NCBI GenBank assembly: GCA_013115125.1
Contig: JABANN010000016.1
Coordinates: forward strand, 1 to 64,000
Length of the DNA: 64,000 bases
Direction of reading: 5' to 3'
From: Perkinsus olseni
Lineage: Eukaryota
Positions 48,530 through 61,997 of the stretch are shown here, piece by piece (position 1 is the stretch's first letter; every line of letters begins with the position of its first letter). A program made the position numbers and the translations under genes. The notes below the pieces were generated by a model. That model was given only the letters and a program-made list of their open reading frames with translations. It did no database searches and was not told where the DNA came from.

Positions 48530-51500
48530 CCCATGCTGTGGTTATGGATGATCTTCTCAGAGGAGGGGCATCTACGCGTCCCGACGCTCAAGAATCATCT
48601 GCTCCAAAACAATGATTTCACCAAGGCGTTTTTCTACGAAGATCACCTGCCGCCTTACCAGCGCCTGAAGTGGTAAGAAGGTGTGACCGACATGATCGAA
48701 CAAGAAAAGTCGCGCCACGATTTAACTACGTATTGACCTTGCCCATTCGTTGAACTGGTAACGAAGGATATCCGTTATGCGTTCTTCGAGCTTCGACCTC
48801 GGATTCGCCCCACGGGCCGATGAAGGTACCAGCGTGCAGCAAGGCTTGCCTGTTACTTCCTTCTCCTACTAACTGTATCCGCGAGGATGGCAACCTTGGG
48901 GTTACAGGCTGAGAGCTCTGCGCTAGAGCCCAGAGCCGCGTGCCGAGAAGCTTGCGAAGAGGTAACCGTTCGCAAGTCATTCGCGAGAACTTCCGATCAC
49001 GATTGTGTACCAATGATCGCTCCATTCTGTGTGATTCGGGGCGGTCACAAGAACCGTTGCACAGGCCCACTACCCCTTCGGATCTCTCTGCAAAGATCTA
49101 GAGGATCTCTTCGCTGTCACAATCACCCGCCACGGCAACCAGTATGATAGACTCTTCTACTTCCCGGCACCTCCAGAAGACTGCGCAGGGGACCCCGAGA
49201 ACTGCCCAGCTTATGCTGTCTACCTTCAGTGGTGAGCAAACCATGGTTCCTTCACGCAGGGCTGGTTGACAGCCACTTGGGACATCGACACCTTGTGGTT
49301 AGAGCGATCTCGAAAGCCTAGCTCGAACTCTCCATAATCAAGTCACTTACTAGCGTCCGGAAAAATGCCACTACTAGTGGCAGCACGGTTGTGACTCTGA
49401 ACCGACCAGAGCGTCTAAACATCCACGAGTGTTTCAGCCGTCTGGAAAGGACACGGCATACCATTCTTCCTGCTTTCAGTCGAGCATTCGTCGATGCTCC
49501 GTCTTCCAGTAAGGATATTATCTTATCGGATGGAAGTAGCAGGAAACAGCGCCATGAGATCTGTTTCAACGCCTGCCGTAGGCCAGGCAATGATACGGAG
49601 GAAGTAGGGCGTCCAACCTTCCGCACACTCAAAGTATTGCGGTGATTCAGAATGGCTTCATCGGTCTTGACACTCGGCCCCTATGCGCAGCCAATTCTGA
49701 TACCGCTGACCTCCTCTGTGTTTCCTTCGACGACGGGTGAGCAGCCTCGGTTCCCACACAGTCCGACAACAGTGCCGCGAAGCGATGGCATAGGTATGAG
49801 TCACAGCTCGTGTTCTATGGCGGGTACACGTGCTTTTCTGGTGGCCACGAGGACAGCCGCTTCGAACGGGGGTGCACCAGCTGGAGCCTTGTGAGTGCAT
49901 GCGGCTCCTAGTGCCGCCCGTCTGAGCCTCGGACTCGGTGGAGCTCAGAAGGTCCCTTGCAGTTATGGCTGGGAATCCTCATCGCCAACGTCATCCAAGC
50001 AATCACAGAAATGATGATATTCTACGTCACCGGCCTGGTCGAGGATATTCGAGTATATTCCGAAGCTCGAAATAAATGCCTTGGTCACAGCGCCCTCACG
50101 GTAAAGCTGTCTCCTCCTGGCCAATGACTTTTTCGTATCAGCCACTAGCACCGTGTCGGCGTGGCATGCAGCACGTTACATCAGGCGGGTCGACAATTAT
50201 TCGTGCGTTGGCTGAAATTGCTCTACTAACCGCGCCCGTGCAGGTGTACTTTCTTGCGATCATAATATTGCTGTTTCAACCGCTGCAAATCGCCGAGACA
50301 ACTGGACGTGGTCTCGATGTCCTCGTCACAGTAGCTCTAAGCCTCCTCATGGACCAAGTAAACCTACCTCGCCCTTTTATTCCGTGTTCCGAAGCTTAAG
50401 GTATGCGCTGTTAGGCAAAAAGCTTTGTTGTACAGCCAGTCATTTGGTGGGTGCTGATAAGAAGGTGAGACAAGGTCCGTCCGAGACGAGGGCTGTTTCG
50501 ATGAATTGTGAGACCTCCCGGAACTACTAGGGATCCTCGCGTGAAAGGCGCCAGCTCGGGGTGGTTATCGCGCTTGGTCTCAGATGCGGGACCATTTTCC
50601 CCGGAATACAGGAGTATAACGAAGAATATCTCCTCCAGTGGGACCTGCAGGATTCCCTGGTGAACCCCTCCTTCTTGGCGGCTCGTGGTGCCGACCTTCA
50701 GACTAGGTGATGAGCGCCCGTATGAAAGTTCAGCTGTTCTTCGAGACCAAGAGGGTCACGCTTGCTACCAACTATCTCGTCGGCGGCTACGCTATTCTCA
50801 TACTGAGCCAGCTGGCAACGCAAGATTACTGGGAAGGCGTCACAGTTATCGAGAATATTTACAAGTGAGCGACCACCGTATCCATGCTCGAGAGCGATGC
50901 CAGATGGACCGACTTCGCCACGGTCTGCATCTTCATGGTGGAGATCACCTTCAAGACTTTCGCCTACTGGGTGCAATTCTGGATGGACCCTTGGAACTTC
51001 GTCGACAACATCGTGGTCATAGCGAGCTTCATCGTGGCCAGTGAGCTGCCCCTGAAGATTCCCCATAATCACTGATTAGCGTGCCTCAGTCATGGCTGCT
51101 GAGATGAAGGGGCTGGGTCTCCTCCGGCTACTCAAGTTGCTCAGAATCATTGTCGTTATCCGCAAGGCGATGAGATGAGATATCAGCCTGTTAAGTCAGA
51201 CTGCGCCGCGCTTTCAGGTCTCAGAAGGCCGGAAAAAACTGAAGGATTTGAAGACTAAGTCTGCGGTCACCGTGGGCTCCTACGTGGACAAAGTAGGCAC
51301 CGCTCAAAGGAGATGGCCGATGCCTCGACAGGTCGTGGCTAGGTGTTGGAGCTGATAGAGGAGCTGCAGACAGCTAAGTATCTGCCACCACACCTTAAGG
51401 ATGATTTAGATTGGGTTAAAGTGGGACCTGATGATTTACAAGAGTCGCCCCACCAGCTCGGTTAGGACGTTATTGTGTGCAACAAGCTGTATGAGGTCAG

Positions 51501-53528
51501 CATTGACGCGGACACAACAGAAGCCAACAGCGTGAGCATCGAAGCAGCGCGCCGGAAACCAACTGAGCATTGTTTCGTGCATGTCCGTCTCTCAGGATGG
51601 TACTGGCAACAGCGATGAGATGACAGCGTGGATAACGGCAGCGAACGGTGCGCCCGTGAAATCGAAGGACGGCATGAAGGTGGACCAGATCAACGCTGCA
51701 CCTAGCCAGAATATGTCGCTTGGCGATCGAACTTGCGCCCATCAGTGCCGCTCGTGAGGGAAATCTGCGGCGTGTTGTCAGGAGGACGTGCCTGCTTATG
51801 GTGGTCGAGTCCAAACCGAAATGCGGAAAGGTCGCGAGACGAGAGCCTGTAGGTTGAAGCCTCATCGCCTTATAGTTTAATAAGGAGGAGGAATGGCATG
51901 GTCATTCATTCTTGCAGACCGGGAAAGTCAAGCCCGACGAGAAAGCCGTTACAAGGTGACCATGCCCCTCATTGAGTGAAGCTCGGCGCTATCGCCCTTC
52001 TAGACACGCAGCCAGAGCCGGAGACAATCGAGCCAGAATCGAGAGTCCCAGGACAATGCGCGCCATATGAACGCCTACCTCTACAAGATGGGTAACCTCA
52101 CACCCGGTGAGGTGAGTGCTGTTGCTTGGACACGAAATTGCAAAGCTTTCTCCACGTATTTTTCCGGCTCAGCAACAGCAAATAGAGTCAGCACTGAGTA
52201 CGATCGACAGTTGGAGATTCGACGTTTTCCAGACGGCAGAGGTGAGCCTCCTCGAGGAATCCTCGCGCTGGAGCAGATAAGTCAGATCCTCGAAGGAAAT
52301 TTGCTGCCAATACTCTTCGGCAAGATGATGATCGCCTACGACTTAGTCGATATCCTATCGCTCGACTTCGAGATCGTCTTCGCCTACGCGAGCAAGGTGG
52401 GTTCGCTGCCCCCGGCCGCGCAAGCCCGGCGGGCGCGCAAGCCCAATTCGTGTCCATCGCCAGGTTCAAGAGTCCTTCCACCCGCAAGTGCAGTTCCATA
52501 ACGCTGCTCATACTGCGGACACGATCCAGGCGATACACATCATGTACTGCCAGGGGAGGGTCCAAGACAACTTGAACCACCTCGAGAGGTCAGCTAAGGA
52601 GAGCACGCAGAATGGCGTCCGATTGGCAGCCGTTGTGGTTAGGTTTGCTCTGCTATTCTCTGCTCTCACTTGTCACATGCGGCATCCCGGTCTGACGAAC
52701 GACTTTCTGGTGAAGGCTCGGACGCCGGAGGTGTGCTGGTGGGGGTTTTGCCCTACTGGAGTCCTCTCTCTCGAGGCAATACGCTACAACGACATAGCAG
52801 TACTACAGCATTGCCATCTGGCCCACGCCTTCGGGCTTCTCGAGGATCCCGAGCTCAACTTTCTGCTCAACGTGGAGTCGGAGATAGCGGTGGGCCACGT
52901 TTCGGCGGCAACCCTCTGGTCGAGTCCCTTCGAAGCAGACGCAGCTGAGGAAGCTCGTTATTCACATGGTCCTTCGCCTGGACATCAGTCGCCATATGAC
53001 GGAGATTACTAATCTCACCAGCGCCATGGCTTCCGAGTCGTTTCCTAGCAGAGTACGCCCGAGCCTGTCTCGGAGCCGAGCTATCCTCGGTTTTCAGGAG
53101 GAAGATATAATGCTGTTGCTGTCGGTGTCCTTGAGGGTGGCCGATGTGTCCTGGGCGTGCAGACCCCAGCAGATCTATGGTCGATGGGCGGAGAAGTTCC
53201 TGGAGGAGCTATATGTGCAGGGGGACCTAGAGAAGGTTTGGAATCCAGTTAGGTGGGGAATGGCGTTCTCCTTTTCTCAGGTCATGGGGCGCCCAGTGTC
53301 GCCCTTCTGCGACAGGGATGCTGTCCAGTCCACCCGCACGGAGCTCGCCTACGCCTACGTCATGGTGTCACCACTGATCAACGCTTACACAGTGCTCTAT
53401 GAGGGTACTACTAGGGAAGAGGCAGAGCCGGACGAGTCCATACTGCAGGTCTGATCACCTCCTGGGTGGAAGAGGGACTAGAGCCCAACAAGCAGGCTTT
53501 GCGTGATAAGATCGGTTTGACTGCGTAG
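48530..53528 (+). CDS. Multi-TM + voltage-sensor domain + class I cyclic-nucleotide phosphodiesterase-like domain (5' end uncertain)
   Basis: S2 IFMVEITFK, S3 DPWNFVD, S4 LLRLLKLLRIIVVIRK. PDE motifs FHNAAH, HPGLTNDFLV, AIRYND, VADVS and EELYVQGDLEK..G.PVSPFCDR. Confidence 0.85.
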
Positions 53529-53550
53529 GCCAGCATGTCCACCGTGCGTT

Positions 53551-55590
53551 CTAGGTTTCGCCGGCGGGCCGCCTTTCGAGTTGAAAGCCTAGAAGTACCA
53601 GAAAGCTTGACGATACTGTGGGGAGAAGAAAATTAACGAATCTGCGTTCGAAACCATCAGACGATACCGCACGCGAAGGAGCAACCACGAGGTTCGCTCT
53701 CGAATGAGCTAGTGGTTGATCAAGACGACCTAGCATGTACTCTTGTAAGCCCTTCCGAACTCACTGAACCAAAGACAAACGCCGCCAAAAAATGCTAACG
53801 CTCGTAAAATTTTCGTCACGGTCGCAGAGAGCCCGAAGGCGCCACCAACATGGCTCGGTTTTTTCTTTCGCGCCGTGCAATCGCACGAACCCAATCATGC
53901 TCTGGCAAGGGGGAACGGGCTCCTCACCTGAGAATAGTGGAACACCTTGCGCGTCTCCGCATGAGATCCGCCCCACCTCGAAATTCTCGCTGAGCTCTCT
54001 CACCGACTCGCTGTCCGACGATGCCTCAGTCACCGCAGAGATGAGCCAAGGACGGGCGTCCGCTATGATGACTGCTGAGACGGGCCGCTGGATGCCGGCT
54101 ATGTGCCCTGACACTAGTGCTCTGAATGCCGACGTCCCGAGAAGGCGAGGGGCATGCTGACGAATGAGTCGCAGGACAGCGACGAGCTCCTCCCTGTCAC
54201 CGATAGAAGACGCTGTTGCCCAGACTGGAGCATCAACCTCAAGCTTCAGCCGATCGGACGAGAAGCCGAAAATGAGTTCCTCTTTCGTCATCACTACAGC
54301 AACGATGACACCCTGTGAAGTAACAGAGCCGGCCAGCTCGTGGACGGCAGACTGCAGCGCGGACACCTCTTCGAGAGAGCGAAGTTTGCCCTCTAGAGAC
54401 AACAGGACAACGTCATCACTCGAGTCCTTGAAAAGGAACTTCTTCCCACCCATGCAGTCCCCGAGCGTTTCTAGGTGCCGGAATGCTGACTCGGGCGAGA
54501 CCGCAATTTCAGAGTCCGAGTTGGGGGGCACCTCTGGGAGAGGAGTTCTCTCATCATCAAAACAGTGCAGCAAATGGGCGATGCTTCTGAAGCGCGCGAG
54601 CCGGTCAAGACTGGCCTCCAACTCGGGCTGGCTCAATGGCGGACGAGTCCGGAATGTCGACAAGTAGGGGAGGCAGGAGGACCGATGCAGGATGGTAAAT
54701 CTACCGTCGGTTGTCGGCATCCTAGTGGATCGATCGGTCGGCACAACAGAAGATCGCGGCGGGATGATTTCAGGACAATCAGTGCTTCGGTACCATCGCG
54801 AGCCTTGAATAGAGAACCATTCGACGCACTGAGGTTCGGTGCCGCCCAGAACGAGGAGACAGTCGCTAGACGCCGCTGATCCCACCAGGGAGTGCCGCTT
54901 CACGTGATAGATGCTGTGGCTTGCCCGAGGTATTGAACGGACGACCGAGCCGAGGTCAACTCGGCTGCACCAGCCCCGCCGGAAAGAGCTTGAGAGAGTG
55001 ATCCGCCAAAGGTCGTTCAAGGGCATGTTGTGTTGGCCAAGCCCTCCGTGCAGGTAGACGTCGTTGCTGCCAACCGCACACACCGCCACGCGACACGCTG
55101 GATTGGGTAGAGATCCGTCGCCGCTCTCCAACTGGACTCGGCGCCATTTGCCCTTCAAGCCCTCTTTACGGCGTTTCAACTCCAACACCCACATGAAATC
55201 CTCAACGAGCTGAGAGGTCGGTGAGGTACCACCAAAGATCGCCACGCGAACTGTACCAGCGTCCTCCTCGGGAGCCAGCGCAACGGCGGCGTGATGAGAC
55301 CTAGGGGAAGGGGCTTTCCCATCGACCGCGACCAAGCTCCACAGATGCTCTCGCTTGCCGTGGACAGCATCTATCCAAACCTCGAAGGGCTGCCCTCCCT
55401 CACTATGCGGTGCCCCAACAGCCCCTACGAATACGACCTCAGACCTGCCTGGCACCCGAACGACGGAAGGATGGTGCCGGAATTTGGGCGGCTTCGGTGA
55501 TTCCGCTGTCGGGGCTAAGGCCTCCCACCTGTACACGGCATACGGTGGAGGCCCTTCTCCGGAAGAGGGCTCAGGCGGCGTTTCGCTCAT
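53551..55590 (-). CDS. Kelch-repeat protein with a C-terminal domain possibly related to the MORC GHKL ATPase
   Basis: PSPRSHHAAV, IFGG, VYLHGG...LNDLW, PRASHS and LLVLGG Kelch motifs within a 656-codon ORF. The last exon is uncertain. Confidence 0.75.
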
Positions 55591-55599
55591 TCGCAAGAA

Positions 55600-56236
55600 G
55601 ATACGGAATGTCCGCAAGCCTTGGTTGTACTCGCGACTCTGTCGTCTAGCAGCCCTAGTTCTGGTCGAAGGACCCCTGGTCACCCCGTGAACAAGAACCT
55701 CAGCATGATCCAAGGCCACCAAGGAAATCAACCCATCGCCGTCGAGAATCTGAAGACAGTGAATGACTCTTGTCGATGCGATGGCTCTATACGGAATATA
55801 TAATGCTCATACTCTCACAGCCTTTCGTCGAGAAAGTTGAGTTGAGGCTGACCGAATGTTATGGTACCGAGTGTAGTGCGTCCATGGCGCTGGAAATTTT
55901 GGAGATACAACAGCGACATCCGACGAGCCGGTCTGCATTGCGAGAAGTTCTCTAAGACCCGGCTGAACAGACAGGCCGACAACACTATCGAGTCTCCTTT
56001 CCGCCGTACTGAGTTGCGTTTATAGCTGCCCCAGCTGAAACGAACCTCACCCCTACTACCGCTTGCAACTCCTCCGCATGCTTCAGGTAGCTGGTGTCCA
56101 CCCGTGACCGCTCGGCATCTAGCAGTAGCCCTGGCCCTACCACCGGCAGCCTGGCGGGGGCCAATCGCCTCCTCTTTCGAGATTCGTGCTCCTCAAGGAA
56201 TTGGTGAAGGAAAATCGGCCCGTCTTCAAGCGACAT
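55600..56236 (-). CDS. Short hypothetical gene, or 5' exons of the Kelch gene
   Basis: MSLEDGPIFLHQFLEEHESRKRRR... (NLS-like). Downstream exons splice into the same frame as the Kelch ORF. Confidence 0.45.
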
Positions 56237-56389
56237 ATGACAACAGTTGGGACCTCAACTCAACTTGCGCTTTGAGCGCTCTCTGAACGATTTTGACCGG
56301 TTGCGCGTCTGCGTGCAGATTTTTACGAAGACGCGTTGAAGATTTCGGAAAGCAAAACATTTTTTGGAAACGGAATTATACACGTCTGA

Positions 56390-59300
56390 TATGGAAGACA
56401 CGGATTACGAGCGAAATTTCATCAACCCCAACCTCTTATCAGGGAACATGATACGCCTAGTCATGCCCAAGAGCAATAATCCGACTTATCGGCGTTTGTG
56501 AAGTTGTGAAAAGGATCTCTGACAGTATCGTGTGGCGCAGCCTAGAGTTCAACGGACTTGGTCAACCAGAAGCTTCAAGCCTTGCTAGGGAAGCGATTCA
56601 ACGTCGATTCTCGAGTTAGTTACTGCCTCACTCGACTAAGGGGCGGAGGAGGCCCTGAGTGTACAGGTGCAATTGAGATTGACTGGTGTGATATTGACTC
56701 GAGTTTATGATGGAGGCACTGTAAGGCTGAAGACTTCCTATGAGAAGTCACGTGCCTGGAAGAACCGCCGCTCATCAGGCGGTGGCAAACTGCCCGGCGA
56801 TGACGAAGAGACCGACACCGTATCCGCCTACAGCCTGTGCCGTTTTTGCCGAGAGACGTGGCGAATGTGCCTTGTCCAGCACCTTGCATGAGGGAAGCTT
56901 CTATCGTGACGGAGAGGTTGTGGCAGGTAGTAGACGGGATCTCCGGAGCCGCTTCAGATGAATCTCAGAATTTATTCTTGAGCTGCATTTTACGTATGCT
57001 GTTCAAGTTAGCTTTCAAACGGGTCTTGTACCCTTCGTATGTGCCGTTCTGTCAGACCGGTTCCGCCGAACCGCGTTTGTTTTCAATATTCCACAAAATC
57101 TTAGCAGAAGTGGTGTGCGGCCTACAATGAATTCATGTAATCAAAGTAAGGCGTGTAATTCGAGTATGATACCCTAATAGATGGTACACAACTCTCCACC
57201 AGCGAGAAGACAGATCCGCGCTGCCTGAATAAGTAATGCAGCCTGGAGCTCAGAGTTTGTATTATGAGCAAGCTGTTCTTAGTCCGTGTAACCATCTTCA
57301 TGTCTAAAAGTGGCGCTTATGAGTGCCCTCAGTCCCCAGACTGCGGTAGTTATTGTGTTTAAAGTCAGGCTGGGCTGATGGGTGGGGTGGTGCGACTCGG
57401 TAAGGGTAGCAGGTTACAGAGGGTCGAAAGGCACACAGGGTTTATAGCGACCGTAACGGTCTAGCGCATCGCTCAATGGAGTATCGATGCCCCTTGGGGT
57501 TGCCACAAGAAGGCCGAACCGAGCCCTGCCGCAAGAGTTCCTACTATGAGATGTCATTCATTTTCAATCTAGCCTCCACTATCACTAGCGCGTTAGAGGG
57601 CGATCCAACACCCGTATCCGAGGGCCCCGACGATGTCAACGTGGAGGCTGAAGAGCAGCCAAAGGACTCCAGGTGGGAGGCATCGGCAGGTAGAAAACTC
57701 GGGGAAGTACTCTCCAGGGTAGAATAGGGGTATGTCCGTGGGATTGCCTGCGTATTTTCAGTTTCAAAGGCCACCAGTGTCGCAAAGGAAGGCGCAGACT
57801 TCTTCACAGCTCTAGCGGATAACATCGGTCGCGATGTGAGACGGATATGGAATGCCAGCGTTCGTTGTGGACCTCCACTCGTCGTATCTAGGTCAGCACT
57901 TATGACGTAGTAGAAGCGGTGAAGGAGTGTAAGGAGCGTAACACCGCATCACCACACGAGTTAAGGCACGACGCGCATGTAGTGTGGGGGCTCATCTCCA
58001 GCGCTTCTCCAATTGATCTCTTTGGTGGCCGCACGTTGCTAGCAACCCGGGTATCCTGAGTCACTGAACAGCGATCGCTCGGTCACCTTTCGTCTGGGTT
58101 CCTTTACGAAGATTCTCATTGCCGACGCTCTGTTTCAATGAGAGTTGATTCTTCTGGAGCATACAGTCTTCAGTCTTCTGCCTTCGCGAGGACTTCTGTG
58201 TTCCTTCCAGCTGAGTGAGTGTCTCTCAAGACTCCGAGAATCTGCGGAAACGTCCGTGGAGTGTTTGCTGGTGAATCAAGACAGCGGGAGGAACGACACA
58301 GGGCTGCCCAACATTGGTAATGCTGGATTCGAGCAGCGTGATGCCTGCGACCTCCCGGAGTTCGTCTTGGTATCTTTGAGCGTGCTCATATCTTCATATG
58401 GCAGGTATTGTTCTCACTCTGCTTACTCGAGTGCTGGCGGGAGACGATGACTCACCGATCAAGCGTGATGACTCACAGGACTGCGTTGGTGAGATAGTGG
58501 AAAATGCCTTGGCCGTGGTACTAATGATCAGCGTTCTCCGCTCTCGCCTGAGAGTGCCTGTAGTGGGCGACGACTCACTCTCCCACTTATTCGGGGCCTT
58601 CAGTGTCTTCGCGAGCACTTATTCGCAATACCTCGGGATACCAGTGCATTGGTACAGGTACAGAAGCTGTGGGACAATCTAGAGGGACAGTCAGATTCCG
58701 AGAACGCTGATGACGACAAGGATGCCATCGGCTGGTGAGCTCGGATCGTGCTCGAATATTAGTGGATTGTTTGGTGCATGTTGCAGGACCTCGGTGATCT
58801 CACTCATGATGAGCCACTCGTCCAATGGGGTTACCTTCATACGGTGCTTGGAGGTGCTCGGGGGGGGGACCACGAGAGCATCCCACCGCATGCGTTTGTT
58901 GCAGGTCCGTGTCAGTGCAGCTTGCAGGATTTGCAATTCCGTTGTACGACAGTCAGAGGTGGCGGGTCTGCCCAGCCCCCGTGAGTCACTCTCGAAGGTG
59001 AGGCAGACGGTGGAATCTACGATTATACGGTCGCAATGCTTGGGGCTCCTCGGTGATCACCAGAAGTGAACTACTCAGGCACTGGTGCATTCTCCCAGTG
59101 GAATCGGAGCCCTTTTGGGTGCAATATCCACGTTGTCAGCTCAAGACCAGTTTCAGTTGTCCGACGCGGAGCCGGCACCAGTAGAGCTAGAATTTTTGTA
59201 TCATATGTTGATCCCTGCCTCGGGCGTGTCCACGGGTGGCAGTGATGATGATGGTCAGCAGAGAGACGACGGTGGTGATCTGCAGAAGATCGTTTGTTTC

Positions 59301-61775
59301 CAAGGCGGCGTCGAGAGCCTCGTGGCTCTGGTGAGCGCTGCTGTCCAGTCAGGGACGCACTGTCCGAGTCGTGCCTCTCCTCCTCAGGGCCGCCGTAACC
59401 TATCGCAGCCGCTGGTGGTTGCAGCATGTGTTGCTTGTCTGTATCAGCTTGCAGTGAATGAAGGATGTAGAAAGTGAGCAATTCCTAGAGGACTGCGGCG
59501 AGCCCCTTGTCTACCTCTAGAGTCTAGACCGCCTTAGGTATATCAAGGAGACGGGTCTGTTGAAATCTTTGATTGATTTATGCCGGATGATAGTGGCTCA
59601 AATCACCCCAGAGGCCACTGACGACCTGGAAGGTAGCTGGGCGAATAGCGCCGCAGAAATTCGGCCAGGCGTCCATCGATCGACACGAGACTCGAATCAC
59701 TCTCCAATCTGCATTTTCGATTTCCTTAGGCGTTTTGGCGTCTATGGTATCGTGCATCATATGCTTTGGGTCCGCGGACATACAGAAAGTGTCGAGCGCT
59801 TCAGACTTGAGATTGGAGGCTTTCAAGGTGCAAAGAAAGCACACGGGACACTGCGTCCTCGTGGGTCGCGAATGTCGCTGTTCTGCCCTCAGGCTCTCAA
59901 GCGGTCTCTGGAGTCTCATATTGTCGCCGATTCCCCTGAGGTCGTTCAGTGGCTATCACGGTTGTTAGTGCACATGGGCCTTGACGGAAGCAGTGCTCCT
60001 GAAGTGATGAGCTATGCTGTGGACGCGATGCTGGCTCCTGTCTCGGAGGGGGACGAGAACACTCTGGACGCAATGCGGAATGACATGTTGAACGAGTTGT
60101 GTGCCGCACCTGTGAGGTAGGAAGTTGGTCGCGTTAAGTTCTCTCTTGAGCGTCGTTCCATGCAGCCTTGCGAAATACTTATGCACGGTTCCAGAGGCTG
60201 TCAATTCGGCACTCCAAAGCTGGGAGAATTCGCCGCAACTGGCTAGTTTTGGGCTGCGTGCCCTGTCAGCAGCGAGGCAAAACCACGCGGAAGTGGCGGA
60301 AATATACTTTGAAGGTGAGAGGCTTCAGCCTGCTTAAATACGCTCCGTTCTACTGGTAAACTTACTTGACTAAGAAGGACTCGCCATTTCCGTACAACGT
60401 GAGGGGCGTCGTGTGTTTTTATCCCTTGGCGGCCGCCCTTGAACTCAGTGTGAAGGCCTTGGAATTCTGGATGCTAGAAGGTTGGTTCTGGACAGACATG
60501 TTTGGTAGGTGTATCATCTTTGGTGAAAGCACTTGTCGAGGCTCAAAGCTGTCCAGAGAATCCAATGGGCTCGTCAACGCCAAGAGGGAGCACCCGGTAT
60601 TCTACACTTCTCGCGCAAGTAGGCCCTGCTGGTCGATGCAGTATCATTGAGCTTCATCTCTTCTCATGTCCGCGGGCCGCGGTTTGAGGCAGAATATGCT
60701 CACTTTCTTGATCCCCTTGCAAGCTTCTCCTAAATTACGAGTTCTGTTCAGGCATTGCGAGTATTCTTTTTATGGGCAGCGGGATCGTCATTCAACGACC
60801 AACTGCATCGGTACATCTGTGGAGAAGTCGGAAACTCGCCCATACTGATTCCGGCCCTCTCGGAGCTTGCTGCGTGTAAAACTGCCGCAGGTGGGGAGGA
60901 CGTCTACATTGTAAGTCTCGGGTCGTCGTGGCGTTCTGTTGCCTTCCCTTTCAACCTTGCTCCGTTTCGGCGAGGTCTCGCTCTGTCCCTCTATTTCAAT
61001 TCAGCGATTCAATAGCTTATCCTTCAATGGTTCTATGTGCCCTCAACGCTAGAGACATGCCAGCTATGCATCTACAATGTGAGGGGCGCTCAGCGCCCCT
61101 CACGACACACAGAGGGCGAATCCTACGGACCCTTCAACTAATATGATGATGGTCATTGGATGACTTATGCTTTCGCATTAGGAGTGTTTGCCGGTGGCTT
61201 TCCGGAAGCTGCGCTCGCTTCAAGTGTCGGCTCATCCGAAGAGATGACTGCTTTCAGCTGACATTAGCGATGACGAACCAGATAGCCTTCGGTATCACCA
61301 ATGGCATACCTTACGACTAGAGGCTGGACAAAATTGGTGGGACGATTCGCTTAGAGATGCTACAAGGGGTCAAGGCTTGACCGTCAAGCTCGGTCTTGAG
61401 GATAATCATGAATTTGACTGGTATTTAAAGGTTGACGATGGCATTTCGGGAGATTCCCGGCTCCATACACCGACGAACAATGCAGCATTCTCGATATTGT
61501 CGGCATTCATGTCGGCTTGACATGCCTCGAGGGGATAGAGTTTTGGTAGAGAAAACTGAGGCGAGCGAGGTGGATAAGGCGAAGTTCGCCTGGCGAACAG
61601 AAGGAGGGGAATAGAAGGAAGAGAAGGGGGTGACATTGACCCCCACCATGGTGCACCGTCCATGTCTGAGCTCACCACCTATTCTGACCTCCTCTCATCG
61701 CTCGTGCGTGAAGCCGCACTATGCTCTGTCAATGATGAGTCATCTTGTTCGACTCCCTCCTCCGTACCCGAATGA
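56390..61775 (+). CDS. Large multi-exon hypothetical protein, helical-repeat-like
   Basis: Continuous series of Leu-rich helical exon ORFs with GT-AG boundaries (e.g. 58398-58682, 59085-59477, 59560-60120). No recognisable motif. Confidence 0.6.
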
Positions 61776-61997
61776 AATGGGTCAACATACACGACTCATA
61801 TTCTGAACGCGTCGTCAGTGACGTTTCGTCTCTCCAAAATATTTTATTTTGATTTTTGCGTCCTTGGTTATTATAACTCCGAGCCCATGGCTCGAGCGAG
61901 TTCGGGCCCGCAACGTGCGTTCTCTCCGTAGATCACTCTGATTCAGATCAGCAGGGTCGTATTCCCGTGCTGTGATTATTATCAATGCGCTCCAGCA

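Noticed and set aside
53792-54667. Long plus-strand ORFs opposite the Kelch gene, and similar antisense ORFs opposite the ABCA and four-TM genes
   Set aside because: Antisense shadows of real GC-rich coding sequence.
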